Of a stretch of 45,493 bases of DNA, positions 37,466 to 45,493 are shown piece by piece. Positions within the stretch are counted from its first letter, which is position 1, and each line of letters opens with the position of its first letter. The translations under genes and the position numbers were made by a program. Origin of the DNA: Geomonas sp. (lineage in GTDB: Bacteria; Desulfobacterota; Desulfuromonadia; Geobacterales; Geobacteraceae); NCBI RefSeq assembly GCF_035254065.1, contig NZ_DATFBA010000167.1:1-45493 (forward strand), read 5' to 3'. The notes beneath the pieces are model-generated. The model was given only the letters and a program-made list of their open reading frames with translations. It did no database searches and had not been told where the DNA came from.

Positions 37466-37918
37466 ATGACACCCATAATGAAAAACCAGACAGGTCAGGT
37501 ACTGGTTGAATTGGCGCTGGTACTCCCCTTCTTGGCCATGTTCGTCTTCGGCATCTTCGACTTTGGACGCTGGATGTACGGTGCAAACACGTTGAATCAT
37601 GCAGCTGGCGCAGGGGCTCGGGCGGCAGCTGTCATGACCACCCCTCTTCCTACTCCGGTCACCTCTGGGCGTGTCGATGCACCGACCAACGACATGGAGC
37701 GGGCCATAAACCTAAATCTCCTCAGCAGCAAACTGACCGGCTCCGTCACCTATGACGTCCAAATCATCTACTCTGGTGGCCGTACGGTTGGACCGACCCA
37801 GGCGGGGGATCTCGTTCACGTCACGGTGCGTTGGCCGACCTTCCAACTGGTAAATCCGATGCTGAAGTCCCTGTACTCACCGACCGTGTTGGGCGAGGCT
37901 ACCGTGAGGTATGAATAG
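37466..37918 (+). CDS. tadE: TadE-family minor pilin (ATG 37466 or 37478)
   Basis: QTG|QVLVELALVLP, GIFDFG, AAGAGARAA, C-terminal RYE. Confidence 0.88.
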   Translation: MTPIMKNQTGQVLVELALVLPFLAMFVFGIFDFGRWMYGANTLNHAAGAGARAAAVMTTPLPTPVTSGRVDAPTNDMERAINLNLLSSKLTGSVTYDVQIIYSGGRTVGPTQAGDLVHVTVRWPTFQLVNPMLKSLYSPTVLGEATVRYE

Positions 37919-37948
37919 ATCGGCTGCTAGGCTCGGAAGGAGGTAGGT

Positions 37949-39037
37949 ATGGGCACCAGGGGCTGTACACGACAGGACGGCGGATTTGTAATAATCGTGC
38001 TGCTGGTTTTTATGCTGGTGGCCATCTGCGCGTTCGGAGGATTGGCGATAGATGTCGGCAAGCTGTACGTGGTGAAAAGCCAGCTTAGGAACGCTGCCGA
38101 TTCAGCTGCCCTGGCTGGGGCGGGTAATCTCTATCCCAGCAGCAGTGTGACCTCCCCCAACTGGGGTAACTACACCTCGGCCCTCAACGTGTTGAGGCAG
38201 AATAAGGCCGCCGGAGAGCTGCTACAAAGCGGAGATGTCCAATACGGTTGGTGGAACCTGGCCACCAACAGCTGGGAGGTTGGCAGCCCGGTCTCCGGCG
38301 GGGTAGTTCCGCTGCTGAACAGGCAGGGGTACTGCTCGGAGCCCCCTCAAGGACCATGTACCCCCACGAGCGCCTGTCCGGCGGGGGCGGTCTGCATATT
38401 CACCAACCTCGCTGCGGGCGTAACGGCGACGGTTAGCAAATCGGCTGGCATCAATGGTGGGCCTGTGCCCGCTCCTTTTGCCGGCGTGCTCGGCAGCAAG
38501 GCTTTCGAGGTGGGAATGGCGAATACTCCTTCAACCGCAGTGATCGGTCCCACCGGGGGGGTTCCCTCGGGAGTCTACCCCTTCGCCATCACCAAGGATA
38601 CGGCTGACTACTGGGCCGGTCGGCTTAATCAGCCAGCGTACCTCGATCTCATCAATCATGGTGCGGACCCCTACAGAGGTCAGTGGGCCACCTTCGACGG
38701 GACCAACAACGTCCCGGTGATCGACAAGCTGTTGGCCGCCAGCAAGACTGCGTTGTCCATTGGAGTTGATAAAGTGCATATCGCTTCAGGGGAGAAGGCG
38801 GCGCTTTTCGACGATGTGAAGATTAACGCCGACGTCTTGCTGCCGGTGGTGGCTACCGACCACTTCAACTATAACGGTGATCCAGTTCTGACCGGCTTCA
38901 TCGGGTTTCATATCGACTCCGTCGACACCCCCAACTTCCGCATGCGCGGCTCGTTCATCCGACTTAAAGCCCCTCCAGGCAGTCACGCTGGAGGCCCCAG
39001 TTATGGTGTGATCAGCTATCCGTACCTGGTACAGTAG
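37949..39037 (+). CDS. tadG: TadG-like pilin-associated protein
   Basis: QDGG + hydrophobic segment, GLAIDVG, QLRNAADSAALAGA, C-terminal LVQ; AGGAGG RBS. Confidence 0.85.
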   Translation: MGTRGCTRQDGGFVIIVLLVFMLVAICAFGGLAIDVGKLYVVKSQLRNAADSAALAGAGNLYPSSSVTSPNWGNYTSALNVLRQNKAAGELLQSGDVQYGWWNLATNSWEVGSPVSGGVVPLLNRQGYCSEPPQGPCTPTSACPAGAVCIFTNLAAGVTATVSKSAGINGGPVPAPFAGVLGSKAFEVGMANTPSTAVIGPTGGVPSGVYPFAITKDTADYWAGRLNQPAYLDLINHGADPYRGQWATFDGTNNVPVIDKLLAASKTALSIGVDKVHIASGEKAALFDDVKINADVLLPVVATDHFNYNGDPVLTGFIGFHIDSVDTPNFRMRGSFIRLKAPPGSHAGGPSYGVISYPYLVQ

Positions 39038-39077
39038 CTCACGCTAAAGACCAAGAGGACAGGGGGCGGCCGTGTAC

Positions 39078-41300
39078 TCATGACAGCTGTCGGCGCAACT
39101 CCGCCGGGTCGCTGGTCGGCATCCCGCAGCTCCGGTTCTCACAGAGATAGGCGACCGCCTGGTCGCCGTTCGCTTTCTTCTCCCTCAAAAGCGGGATCAG
39201 CCTGGCAGCCCTATCGAGTTGTTCTCCCTCGCAGAGCACCACCAAAGTCCGGTTGGGGATGAAGTGGCGCTGGAATTCCCGCAGCAGCCCCTCTGCCGCC
39301 TGCCGATCGCCGCGGGGAGCCACCACGACCACCTGCCTCGGGACATCGTTCAGGAAATCGAGCGCCAGCAGCATCTCGCTGAGCGCGGCCGGCGATGAGG
39401 AGAGACGGGAGGAAAAGGCGGCCACGGTCCGGTTCGCTTCCTCCAGATAGCGCGCCTGCTCGGTCAAGGCGTGCAGCCTCAAGAGGTTCATGATCATCAC
39501 GGAGTTCCCTGACGGGACCACTCCGTCATAGGCCGGCTTTTCCCGGGCGATCAATTCTTCGTGGCGGGAGCCGGTCATGAAGTAGCCTCCCCCTTCTTGA
39601 TCCTGGAATTCCCCCTCCACAATCGCGGTCAGTGACAGTGCCTGCTCGAGCCAATGGGCCTCGCCGCTCGCCTCGAAAAGGTCGATCAGTCCCCCGATCA
39701 GGAAGGCGTAGTCGTCCAGGAAGCCCTCCCCCTTGGGCTGCCCCCCCTGGTGGCTGTGGGCGAGCCTCCCCTCCGGCATCATCTTCACCAGGATAAAAGT
39801 CGCCGTCCGGCGCGCCTGATTTACCAGCTCTACATCGTCGAGCACCATACCGCCCCGGGCGAAGGCGGAGATGGCCAGCCCGTTCCAGGCGGAAAGTATC
39901 TTCTCGTCCCTGAGCGGAGGCGGCCGGCGGCTGCGCGCCTGGTACAGCATCTCGCGTGACTCTTCCAAAAGTGAGCGGACCCGCTCCTCGGGCAGGCCTG
40001 CCCCCCGGGCAAGCTCCGGTATGCTCTTCACCTTGTGCAGAATGCTGCGTCCCTCGAAATTGCCTTCTTCCGTCATCCCGTACAGCCCCGCCACCAGTTG
40101 GCCTCGCTCCCTTCCCAGGACGTCGGTGAGCTCCTCCGGGGTCCAGGTGAAGAAGTAACCCTCCTCCATCTTGCCGTTTGCGGCCCTGCTGTCGGCGTCG
40201 GTGGCGGCGTAGAAGGCCCCTTCCGGCGCTGCCATGTCCCGCATCAGGTAGCGCAGCGTCTCCTTGGCCACCGCTGCCAGGTCGGGTCCTCCCAGCTGCT
40301 GATATCCCTCCAGGTAGCTGATGGTCAGAAGGGCGTTGTCGTAGAGCATCTTCTCGAAGTGCGGGATCAGCCACTGCTGATCGGTCGCGTAGCGGTGGAA
40401 GCCGCCCCCCACTTGGTCGTAGATGCCGCCTGCCGCCATCTGCCGCAGGGTGAGCGCCGCCATGGCGGTCAACTCGCGGTCCTTGTTGCGGCGTGCCGAC
40501 CTGAACAGCAAGCGAAGCGGCAGCGAAGAGGGGAACTTGGGCGCTCCCTGCAGGCCGCCGTTCACCATGTCGAACGCCGGGCGCAGGCTGCGGACCGCCT
40601 GGTCCGGCAAGCTGCCGGAGAGCGACGCCTCGCCACTTTCCGGCGCCAGCATCGAGCGCACCGCCTCGCTCAGCTGCTCCCCCGCCCGGGCGATCCGCTG
40701 CCGGTCCGCACGATACGCCTCCAGGAGTCTCTGCAGCAGGGTGAGAAAACCCATCCCCCGGCTGTGGTCGAAGGGAGGGAAGTAGGTGCCGCCGTAAAAG
40801 GGAAGCCGGTCCGGGGTCAAGAAGACGTTGAGCGGCCAGCCCCCCTGCGAGCCCATGGCGTGCAGGGAGGTCATGTAGACGGAGTCCACGTCGGGACGTT
40901 CCTCCCGGTCGACCTTCACGGCGATGAAGTTCTCATTCAGGAAGCGGGCGATCTCCTCGTCCTCGAAGCTCTCCTCCTCCATCACGTGGCACCAGTGGCA
41001 GGTGGCGTAGCCGATGCTCACCAGCAGCGGCCTGTCCAGCCTGCGGGCGAGATCGAAAGGCTCGTCGCCCCAGGCGAACCAGTTCACCGGGTTGTGGGCG
41101 TGCTGCAGAAGGTAGGGGCTCGTCTCCAGGAAGAGCCGGTTGGTGTATCTGGCGAAGCCGTCCGGCAGCAGGTGCCGGGTGCGGGGGTGGTAGCTGCTTC
41201 CACGCCGGAGCCGGGCCTCCTCGAACCGCTCCCGAGGGGGAGCCGGCAGGTCGGCGCAGCCGGGAAGCTCTAGGTACCTGTCCTCAACAGATCTGTCCAT
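39078..41300 (-). CDS. YyaL/SSP411-type thioredoxin-domain + (alpha/alpha)6 protein
   Basis: [73 protein letters not shown]. Confidence 0.93.
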   Translation of the reverse strand: MDRSVEDRYLELPGCADLPAPPRERFEEARLRRGSSYHPRTRHLLPDGFARYTNRLFLETSPYLLQHAHNPVNWFAWGDEPFDLARRLDRPLLVSIGYATCHWCHVMEEESFEDEEIARFLNENFIAVKVDREERPDVDSVYMTSLHAMGSQGGWPLNVFLTPDRLPFYGGTYFPPFDHSRGMGFLTLLQRLLEAYRADRQRIARAGEQLSEAVRSMLAPESGEASLSGSLPDQAVRSLRPAFDMVNGGLQGAPKFPSSLPLRLLFRSARRNKDRELTAMAALTLRQMAAGGIYDQVGGGFHRYATDQQWLIPHFEKMLYDNALLTISYLEGYQQLGGPDLAAVAKETLRYLMRDMAAPEGAFYAATDADSRAANGKMEEGYFFTWTPEELTDVLGRERGQLVAGLYGMTEEGNFEGRSILHKVKSIPELARGAGLPEERVRSLLEESREMLYQARSRRPPPLRDEKILSAWNGLAISAFARGGMVLDDVELVNQARRTATFILVKMMPEGRLAHSHQGGQPKGEGFLDDYAFLIGGLIDLFEASGEAHWLEQALSLTAIVEGEFQDQEGGGYFMTGSRHEELIAREKPAYDGVVPSGNSVMIMNLLRLHALTEQARYLEEANRTVAAFSSRLSSSPAALSEMLLALDFLNDVPRQVVVVAPRGDRQAAEGLLREFQRHFIPNRTLVVLCEGEQLDRAARLIPLLREKKANGDQAVAYLCENRSCGMPTSDPAELRRQLS

Positions 41301-41635
41301 AGCTTAATTCTCCAAGTCGGCCGTCTCCCCTGCTCGCAGCCCTGCGACGGACCTGCCGGGGCGTTGGCTGACTTGATTATAGCAGAGCCCGCCCTTGGCC
41401 AGCGATCCCTTCTGTCCAGCTCCGAGAGCCCCCGCTCCGGAAGGGGGCCCGCCAGGAGCTGGGCTGATGCAAAAGGTGCGGACGAAGCCAGCGTGGGGGG
41501 GTGGAGAGGTACGGTGGCGTTGGGGCGTGAGCGTTGGGCGTGCGGAAGAAAATAGCGACCGCAAGCGGTGCTTGGACAAAATAATCTGTTAAATTTTATT
41601 AATCATTTATCTCTGCAGTTCGTGAAGGAGCGTCA

Positions 41636-42355
41636 GTGGCCACACCCAACCATCAAAAAGGAAACCTTGAGCACGTGCATGGAAGGCTGTTGCGCTCGAT
41701 TCCCCTTTTCTCCAGTCTCGACGACGCCGAGTTCAAAGAGGTGCAAAGCAGGATTGTGGACAGGCGCTTCCACAAGAACCGGGTCGTCCTGATGGAGGAA
41801 GATACCGCCAACTATATCTACATCGTTTACAGCGGAAAGGTGCGGGTGGTTCACCTGGGGACCGACGGCAGCGAGCGGATCCTGGCTGTCCACAAGAGAG
41901 GGGACATCTTCGGCGAGATGGCGGTGCTGGACGCCAAGACCGCGCCGGCGACCGTGATAGCCATGGAAGAGAGCGAGATAGGGCTCCTCTCCAAGGAGAA
42001 TTTCCAGAATTACCTGCTCAAAAACGAGAAGGTACTCCTGCAACTGGTCGACATCCTCTGCCGGCGCCTGCGCGAGGCCCAACTGGTCCTGAAGGCGATC
42101 GCGCTGCCGGACGCCGAGCTCAGGCTCCGCTCGATCCTCAATCACCTGAGCCTTCTGCACGGCGTAAGGGACGACCGGGGGGTGGTGATCACCTTGCGAC
42201 TCACCCACAAGGAGCTGGCGGGCTACACCTCGGTCTCACGGGAGACGGTGACCAGGCTCCTGCACAGGTTGGCCGATGAAGGGGACCTGGAGATGCTGGA
42301 AAACAAGACCATCCTCCTCAAGCGGGGGTTCAGTGACAAGTTGCAGATGCTGTGA
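41636..42355 (+). CDS. Crp/Fnr-family transcriptional regulator
   Basis: GAAGGAG RBS before GTG; IPLFSSL, GDIFGEMA, LTHKELAGYTSVSRETVTRLL. Confidence 0.93.
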   Translation: MATPNHQKGNLEHVHGRLLRSIPLFSSLDDAEFKEVQSRIVDRRFHKNRVVLMEEDTANYIYIVYSGKVRVVHLGTDGSERILAVHKRGDIFGEMAVLDAKTAPATVIAMEESEIGLLSKENFQNYLLKNEKVLLQLVDILCRRLREAQLVLKAIALPDAELRLRSILNHLSLLHGVRDDRGVVITLRLTHKELAGYTSVSRETVTRLLHRLADEGDLEMLENKTILLKRGFSDKLQML

Positions 42356-42414
42356 CCACCCGGTGAGCAGGCGCAGGTGATCCGGTACCAGTTGCCGGAA
42401 AAGGAGCGTGAGCC

Positions 42415-43599
42415 ATGTATCTGAATTTTTACAATCTCAACAAGGAACCGTTTCAGATCACTCCCGATCCCTCCTTTCTCTTTCTGAGCCCGGGACACAA
42501 GGGGGCGCTTGCCTCCATCATCTACGGGGTCGAGAAGAAGAAAGGGTTCATCCTGATCCTGGGCGCGGTCGGCGTCGGCAAGACCACCATCCTCAGGGCG
42601 TACCTGGAGAAGGTCGACCGGGAAAAACTGACCACCATCTACCTGTTCAACTCCAATATCTCCTATGCCAACCTCTTGAAGTACCTGCTGAGGGAGGTGG
42701 GTCTGGTTCCTGAGTCGGACGAGGTTCCCGACATGGTGCACCAGTTCCACCAGGCGCTGATGAAAGAGTACGAGAAGGGAAAAACCATACTCCTCTTGAT
42801 CGACGAGGCGCAGAACATGCCGGTCGACACCCTGGAGAACCTCCGCATGCTCTCCAACCTGGAGACCGACAGCGAGAAACTGATCCAGGTGATCTTCAGC
42901 GCCCAGACCGAATTCGAGAAGACCCTGAACCTCGAGGAGCTGCAGCAGCTGAAGCAGAGGATAGCCGTGAAGGCGGTAATCAACCCGCTGACCCACGAGG
43001 AAGGGCTCAGTTACATCCAGCACAGGCTGAAAACGGCGGCCAACGACGACGGAGCGATCTTCACCCCGGCCGCCCTCAGGGAGCTGGTCCGGAGCGCGAA
43101 GGGGATCCCCAGGGTCATCAACGTCCTGTGCGACAACAGCCTGATCACCGCCTTCGGCTACGGCAAGAGACCGGTCGATGTCAGGGTGGTGAGGGAAATA
43201 ACCGGCAACTTCGGGATCCGCGGGCAAAGCTACCTCCCCTGGGTGGTAGGCGTCCTGGCGATGTTCGCGGTCGCCTTGGGGGGGGTGGGGATCAAGCACC
43301 GGCACCTCCTGAGCACCCCCAAGGCCACTGCCGTCGCACTTCCGCAGGCGAAGAGGACGGTGCAGGTCAAGCCCGCCAGCCAGGTCGTAAAGCCGGGGCA
43401 GCCGCTGCCGGCGGCCGGCACCGCCTACGCCCAGCGGGTGGTGACCAAGGGGGACACCCTGGCCAAGCTGATCGTTGATGTCTACGGCCACGTGAACCCC
43501 AAGATGATCAAGATGGTGAAGAAAGCGAACTACATGGAGAACGAAGACCTCATCATAGAGGGGACCAGGATCGTTTTCCCGGACCTGAGCAAGCAGTGA
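42415..43599 (+). CDS. ExeA/GspA-family AAA ATPase with TM and C-terminal LysM
   Basis: MYLNFYNLNKEPFQITPDP, GAVGVGKTT, LIDEAQN, QLKQRI, GIPRVINVLCD, TM, VTKGDTLAKL...YG...LIIEG. Confidence 0.88.
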   Translation: MYLNFYNLNKEPFQITPDPSFLFLSPGHKGALASIIYGVEKKKGFILILGAVGVGKTTILRAYLEKVDREKLTTIYLFNSNISYANLLKYLLREVGLVPESDEVPDMVHQFHQALMKEYEKGKTILLLIDEAQNMPVDTLENLRMLSNLETDSEKLIQVIFSAQTEFEKTLNLEELQQLKQRIAVKAVINPLTHEEGLSYIQHRLKTAANDDGAIFTPAALRELVRSAKGIPRVINVLCDNSLITAFGYGKRPVDVRVVREITGNFGIRGQSYLPWVVGVLAMFAVALGGVGIKHRHLLSTPKATAVALPQAKRTVQVKPASQVVKPGQPLPAAGTAYAQRVVTKGDTLAKLIVDVYGHVNPKMIKMVKKANYMENEDLIIEGTRIVFPDLSKQ

Positions 43600-43635
43600 G
43601 CTAAAGGGGAACAGAGGGATCCCTTTCGCAGGGCG

Positions 43636-43683
43636 CCGGCAGCTCCGGATCATCACGGATGGTCCTGGATCTGCCGGTTTTTT
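43636..43683 (+). terminator. Rho-independent terminator after exeA-like gene
   Basis: CCGGCAG...CTGCCGG followed by TTTTTT. Confidence 0.7.
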
Positions 43684-43698
43684 CGTTGGTGTTAACTA

Positions 43699-43728
43699 TT
43701 GACACCGGGGCCTTGGCCGGTGTATGAA
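43699..43728 (+). promoter_or_regulatory. sigma70-like promoter for hisI
   Basis: TTGACA-18nt-TATGAA. Confidence 0.5.
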
Positions 43729-43776
43729 AAGTTACTTTTTTTTCCCCAATCCAAGGCGCGCAAGGACTGAGAGACT

Positions 43777-44154
43777 ATGATCAAGATCGATTTCGAAAAG
43801 ATGGGTGGACTGATCCCGGCCGTTATCCAGGACAACGAGAGCGGAGAGGTCCTGATGGTGGCCTTCATGGACGAGAAGACCCTGAACCTCACCCTGGAGA
43901 GCGGCAAGACCTGGTTCTTCAGCCGTACCCGCAACAAGTACTGGATGAAGGGTGAGGAGTCCGGCAACACGCAGGAAGTGGTGGAGGTGTTGACCGACTG
44001 CGATGCCGACACCGTGGTGATCAAGGTGAAGCAGAACGGTCCGGCCGCCTGCCACACGGGCAACCGGAGCTGCTTCTACGTGAGATACGAGAACGGCAGC
44101 TGGGTGGAGCACTCCAACCCGCTGTTCGACCCTTCGCAGGTCTACAAAAAATAA
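43777..44154 (+). CDS. hisI: Phosphoribosyl-AMP cyclohydrolase
   Basis: [38 protein letters not shown]. Confidence 0.97.
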   Translation: MIKIDFEKMGGLIPAVIQDNESGEVLMVAFMDEKTLNLTLESGKTWFFSRTRNKYWMKGEESGNTQEVVEVLTDCDADTVVIKVKQNGPAACHTGNRSCFYVRYENGSWVEHSNPLFDPSQVYKK

Positions 44155-44164
44155 CGGCTATTTA

Positions 44165-44203
44165 CCCCATCCTCACCCCAACCCTCCCCTTGAAGGGGAG
44201 GGG
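44165..44203. repeat. REP-like hairpin repeat between hisI and hisG
   Basis: CCCCATCCTCACCCCAACCCTCCCCTTGAAGGGGAGGG, inverse of 12785-12824. Confidence 0.8.
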
Positions 44204-44244
44204 GAAAATCCAGAGCGGGATCAAACAGAGAAAGAGGGCATGCA

Positions 44245-45120
44245 ATGGAAAATGTACTGAAGCTGGGGGTCCCCAAGGGGAGCCTGGAACAGGCCACCGT
44301 GGAGCTGTTCAAGAAGGCGGGTTGGCAGATATCGATCTCGTCCAGGAGCTATTTCCCGGGGATCGACGACGAGGAGCTCAAGTGCTCCCTGATACGCCCG
44401 CAGGAGATGGGGAAGTACGTGGAGCGCGGCACCATCGACGTCGGCATCGCCGGCCGCGACTGGGTGCGCGAGAACGACTCCGACGTGGTGGAAGTCTGCG
44501 ACATGGTCTACTCCAAGGTCTCCCGTCGCCCCGCCCGCTGGGTGCTGGTGGTGAACGGCGACTCCAAGGTGCAGGGGCCGGAGGATCTGCACGGCGCCAC
44601 CATCTCCACCGAGCTGGTCGGCTTCACCAAGCGCTACTTCGCCGAGAGAGGCATCCCGGTGAACGTCGAGTTCTCCTGGGGCGCCACCGAGGCCAAGGTG
44701 GTCGAGGGTCTGTGCGACGCCATCGTCGAGGTGACCGAGACCGGTTCCACCATCAAGGCCAACGGGCTGAGGATCGTCTGCGAGCTGATGGAGTCGGTGC
44801 CGGTGATGATCGCCAACAAGGCCGCTTGGGCCGATCCCTGGAAGCGCGCGAAGATCCAGCAGATCGCGACGCTGTTGCAGTCCGCCCTGCGGGCCGAGGG
44901 GATGGTCGGCCTGAAGATGAACGCTCCGGGGTCCAAGGTCGCGGCCATCACCGAGATCCTCCCCAGCCTGAACAACCCGACCGTCTCCAACCTCTACAAC
45001 TCCGACTGGGTCTCCATCGAGAGCATCATGCACGAGAAGGAAGTCCGCCGCATCGTCCCCGAGCTGATCAAGCAGGGGGCCGAGGGGATCGTGGAGTACT
45101 CGCTCAACAAGATCATCTAG
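44245..45120 (+). CDS. hisG: ATP phosphoribosyltransferase, long form
   Basis: [47 protein letters not shown]; 291 aa including C-terminal regulatory domain. Confidence 0.96.
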   Translation: MENVLKLGVPKGSLEQATVELFKKAGWQISISSRSYFPGIDDEELKCSLIRPQEMGKYVERGTIDVGIAGRDWVRENDSDVVEVCDMVYSKVSRRPARWVLVVNGDSKVQGPEDLHGATISTELVGFTKRYFAERGIPVNVEFSWGATEAKVVEGLCDAIVEVTETGSTIKANGLRIVCELMESVPVMIANKAAWADPWKRAKIQQIATLLQSALRAEGMVGLKMNAPGSKVAAITEILPSLNNPTVSNLYNSDWVSIESIMHEKEVRRIVPELIKQGAEGIVEYSLNKII

Positions 45121-45147
45121 AAATAGCGTAGAAGCTTTGCAGCGCAC

Positions 45148-45209
45148 AGGCGCCGAGAGCGCAGAGGTGAACCGTATGGTCCCTCTGCGGGCTCGGCGCC
45201 TTCCTTTTT
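45148..45209 (+). terminator. Long hairpin with T tract after hisG
   Basis: AGGCGCCGAG..CGCAGAGG...CCTCTGCG..CTCGGCGCCT then TCCTTTTT. Confidence 0.6.
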
Positions 45210-45268
45210 CTCCCTCAGACCATCCCCAAGATCACTTTCCCCCCTCAAAATGGCAGAGCTCCCTGCCC

Positions 45269-45302
45269 AAACCGGCCCTTCTCCGAGAGGTGCCGGTTTT
45301 TT
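45269..45302. terminator. Second terminator-like hairpin
   Basis: AAACCGGC...GCCGGTTTTTT. Confidence 0.6.
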
Positions 45303-45493
45303 GTATTCGGCTGTCCGAATCCTGACACCGAAGCCACGAGTAAAACATTAACAAAAACAAATAATTGGTAGCTTTCCAAAAAGGTTGCCCACAACTGGTG
45401 TCAAGAACGGACGAAAAACGGATTCAGCAATGGATCTGCCGGTTCAGTTAATCTATTTGAAAACAGGTAGATAGCGTTCAGTGGGTGCCTTTG

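Noticed and set aside
41414-41545. Hairpin and degenerate GGCGTTG/GGCGTG repeats in the yyaL-crp spacer, plus short ORFs there
   Set aside because: Too degenerate to assign; ORFs lack RBS and recognisable motifs

Overview
GC-rich chromosomal window from a Geobacteraceae-like deltaproteobacterium (inferred from gene content, hisI-long hisG pair and Geobacter-style hairpin/heptamer repeats). In order: end of an RND efflux operon (AcrB-type pump, OprM-type channel), an orphan GT-C-type membrane protein, hsp20, ppk1 with a Pho-box-like site, a small Cys/His protein, an NlpC/P60 lipoprotein, hcp with an FNR-type box, an orphan membrane-anchored TAXI-type binding protein, a divergent MFS/LysR pair, and a chemosensory operon with a sigma28-like promoter (STAS-cheA-cheW-mcp-cheR-cheD-REC-cheB lacking REC). 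Next is an extended Tad/Flp pilus locus, then yyaL, crp + exeA-LysM, and hisI-hisG. The strongest candidate for an undescribed system is the Tad locus. Two Flp pilins both keep an N-S-T sequon, and the same-strand gene run ends in a 27-aa membrane peptide missed by the ORF track, a DUF192 protein, an STT3/AglB-like GT-C membrane protein and a TonB/TolA-like SxxxH protein. A second AAA+ ATPase is encoded divergently with the minor pilins, and there is no prepilin peptidase in the window. No rRNA, tRNA, CRISPR array, transposase or integrase was seen. All family calls are by motif recognition; no searches were run.
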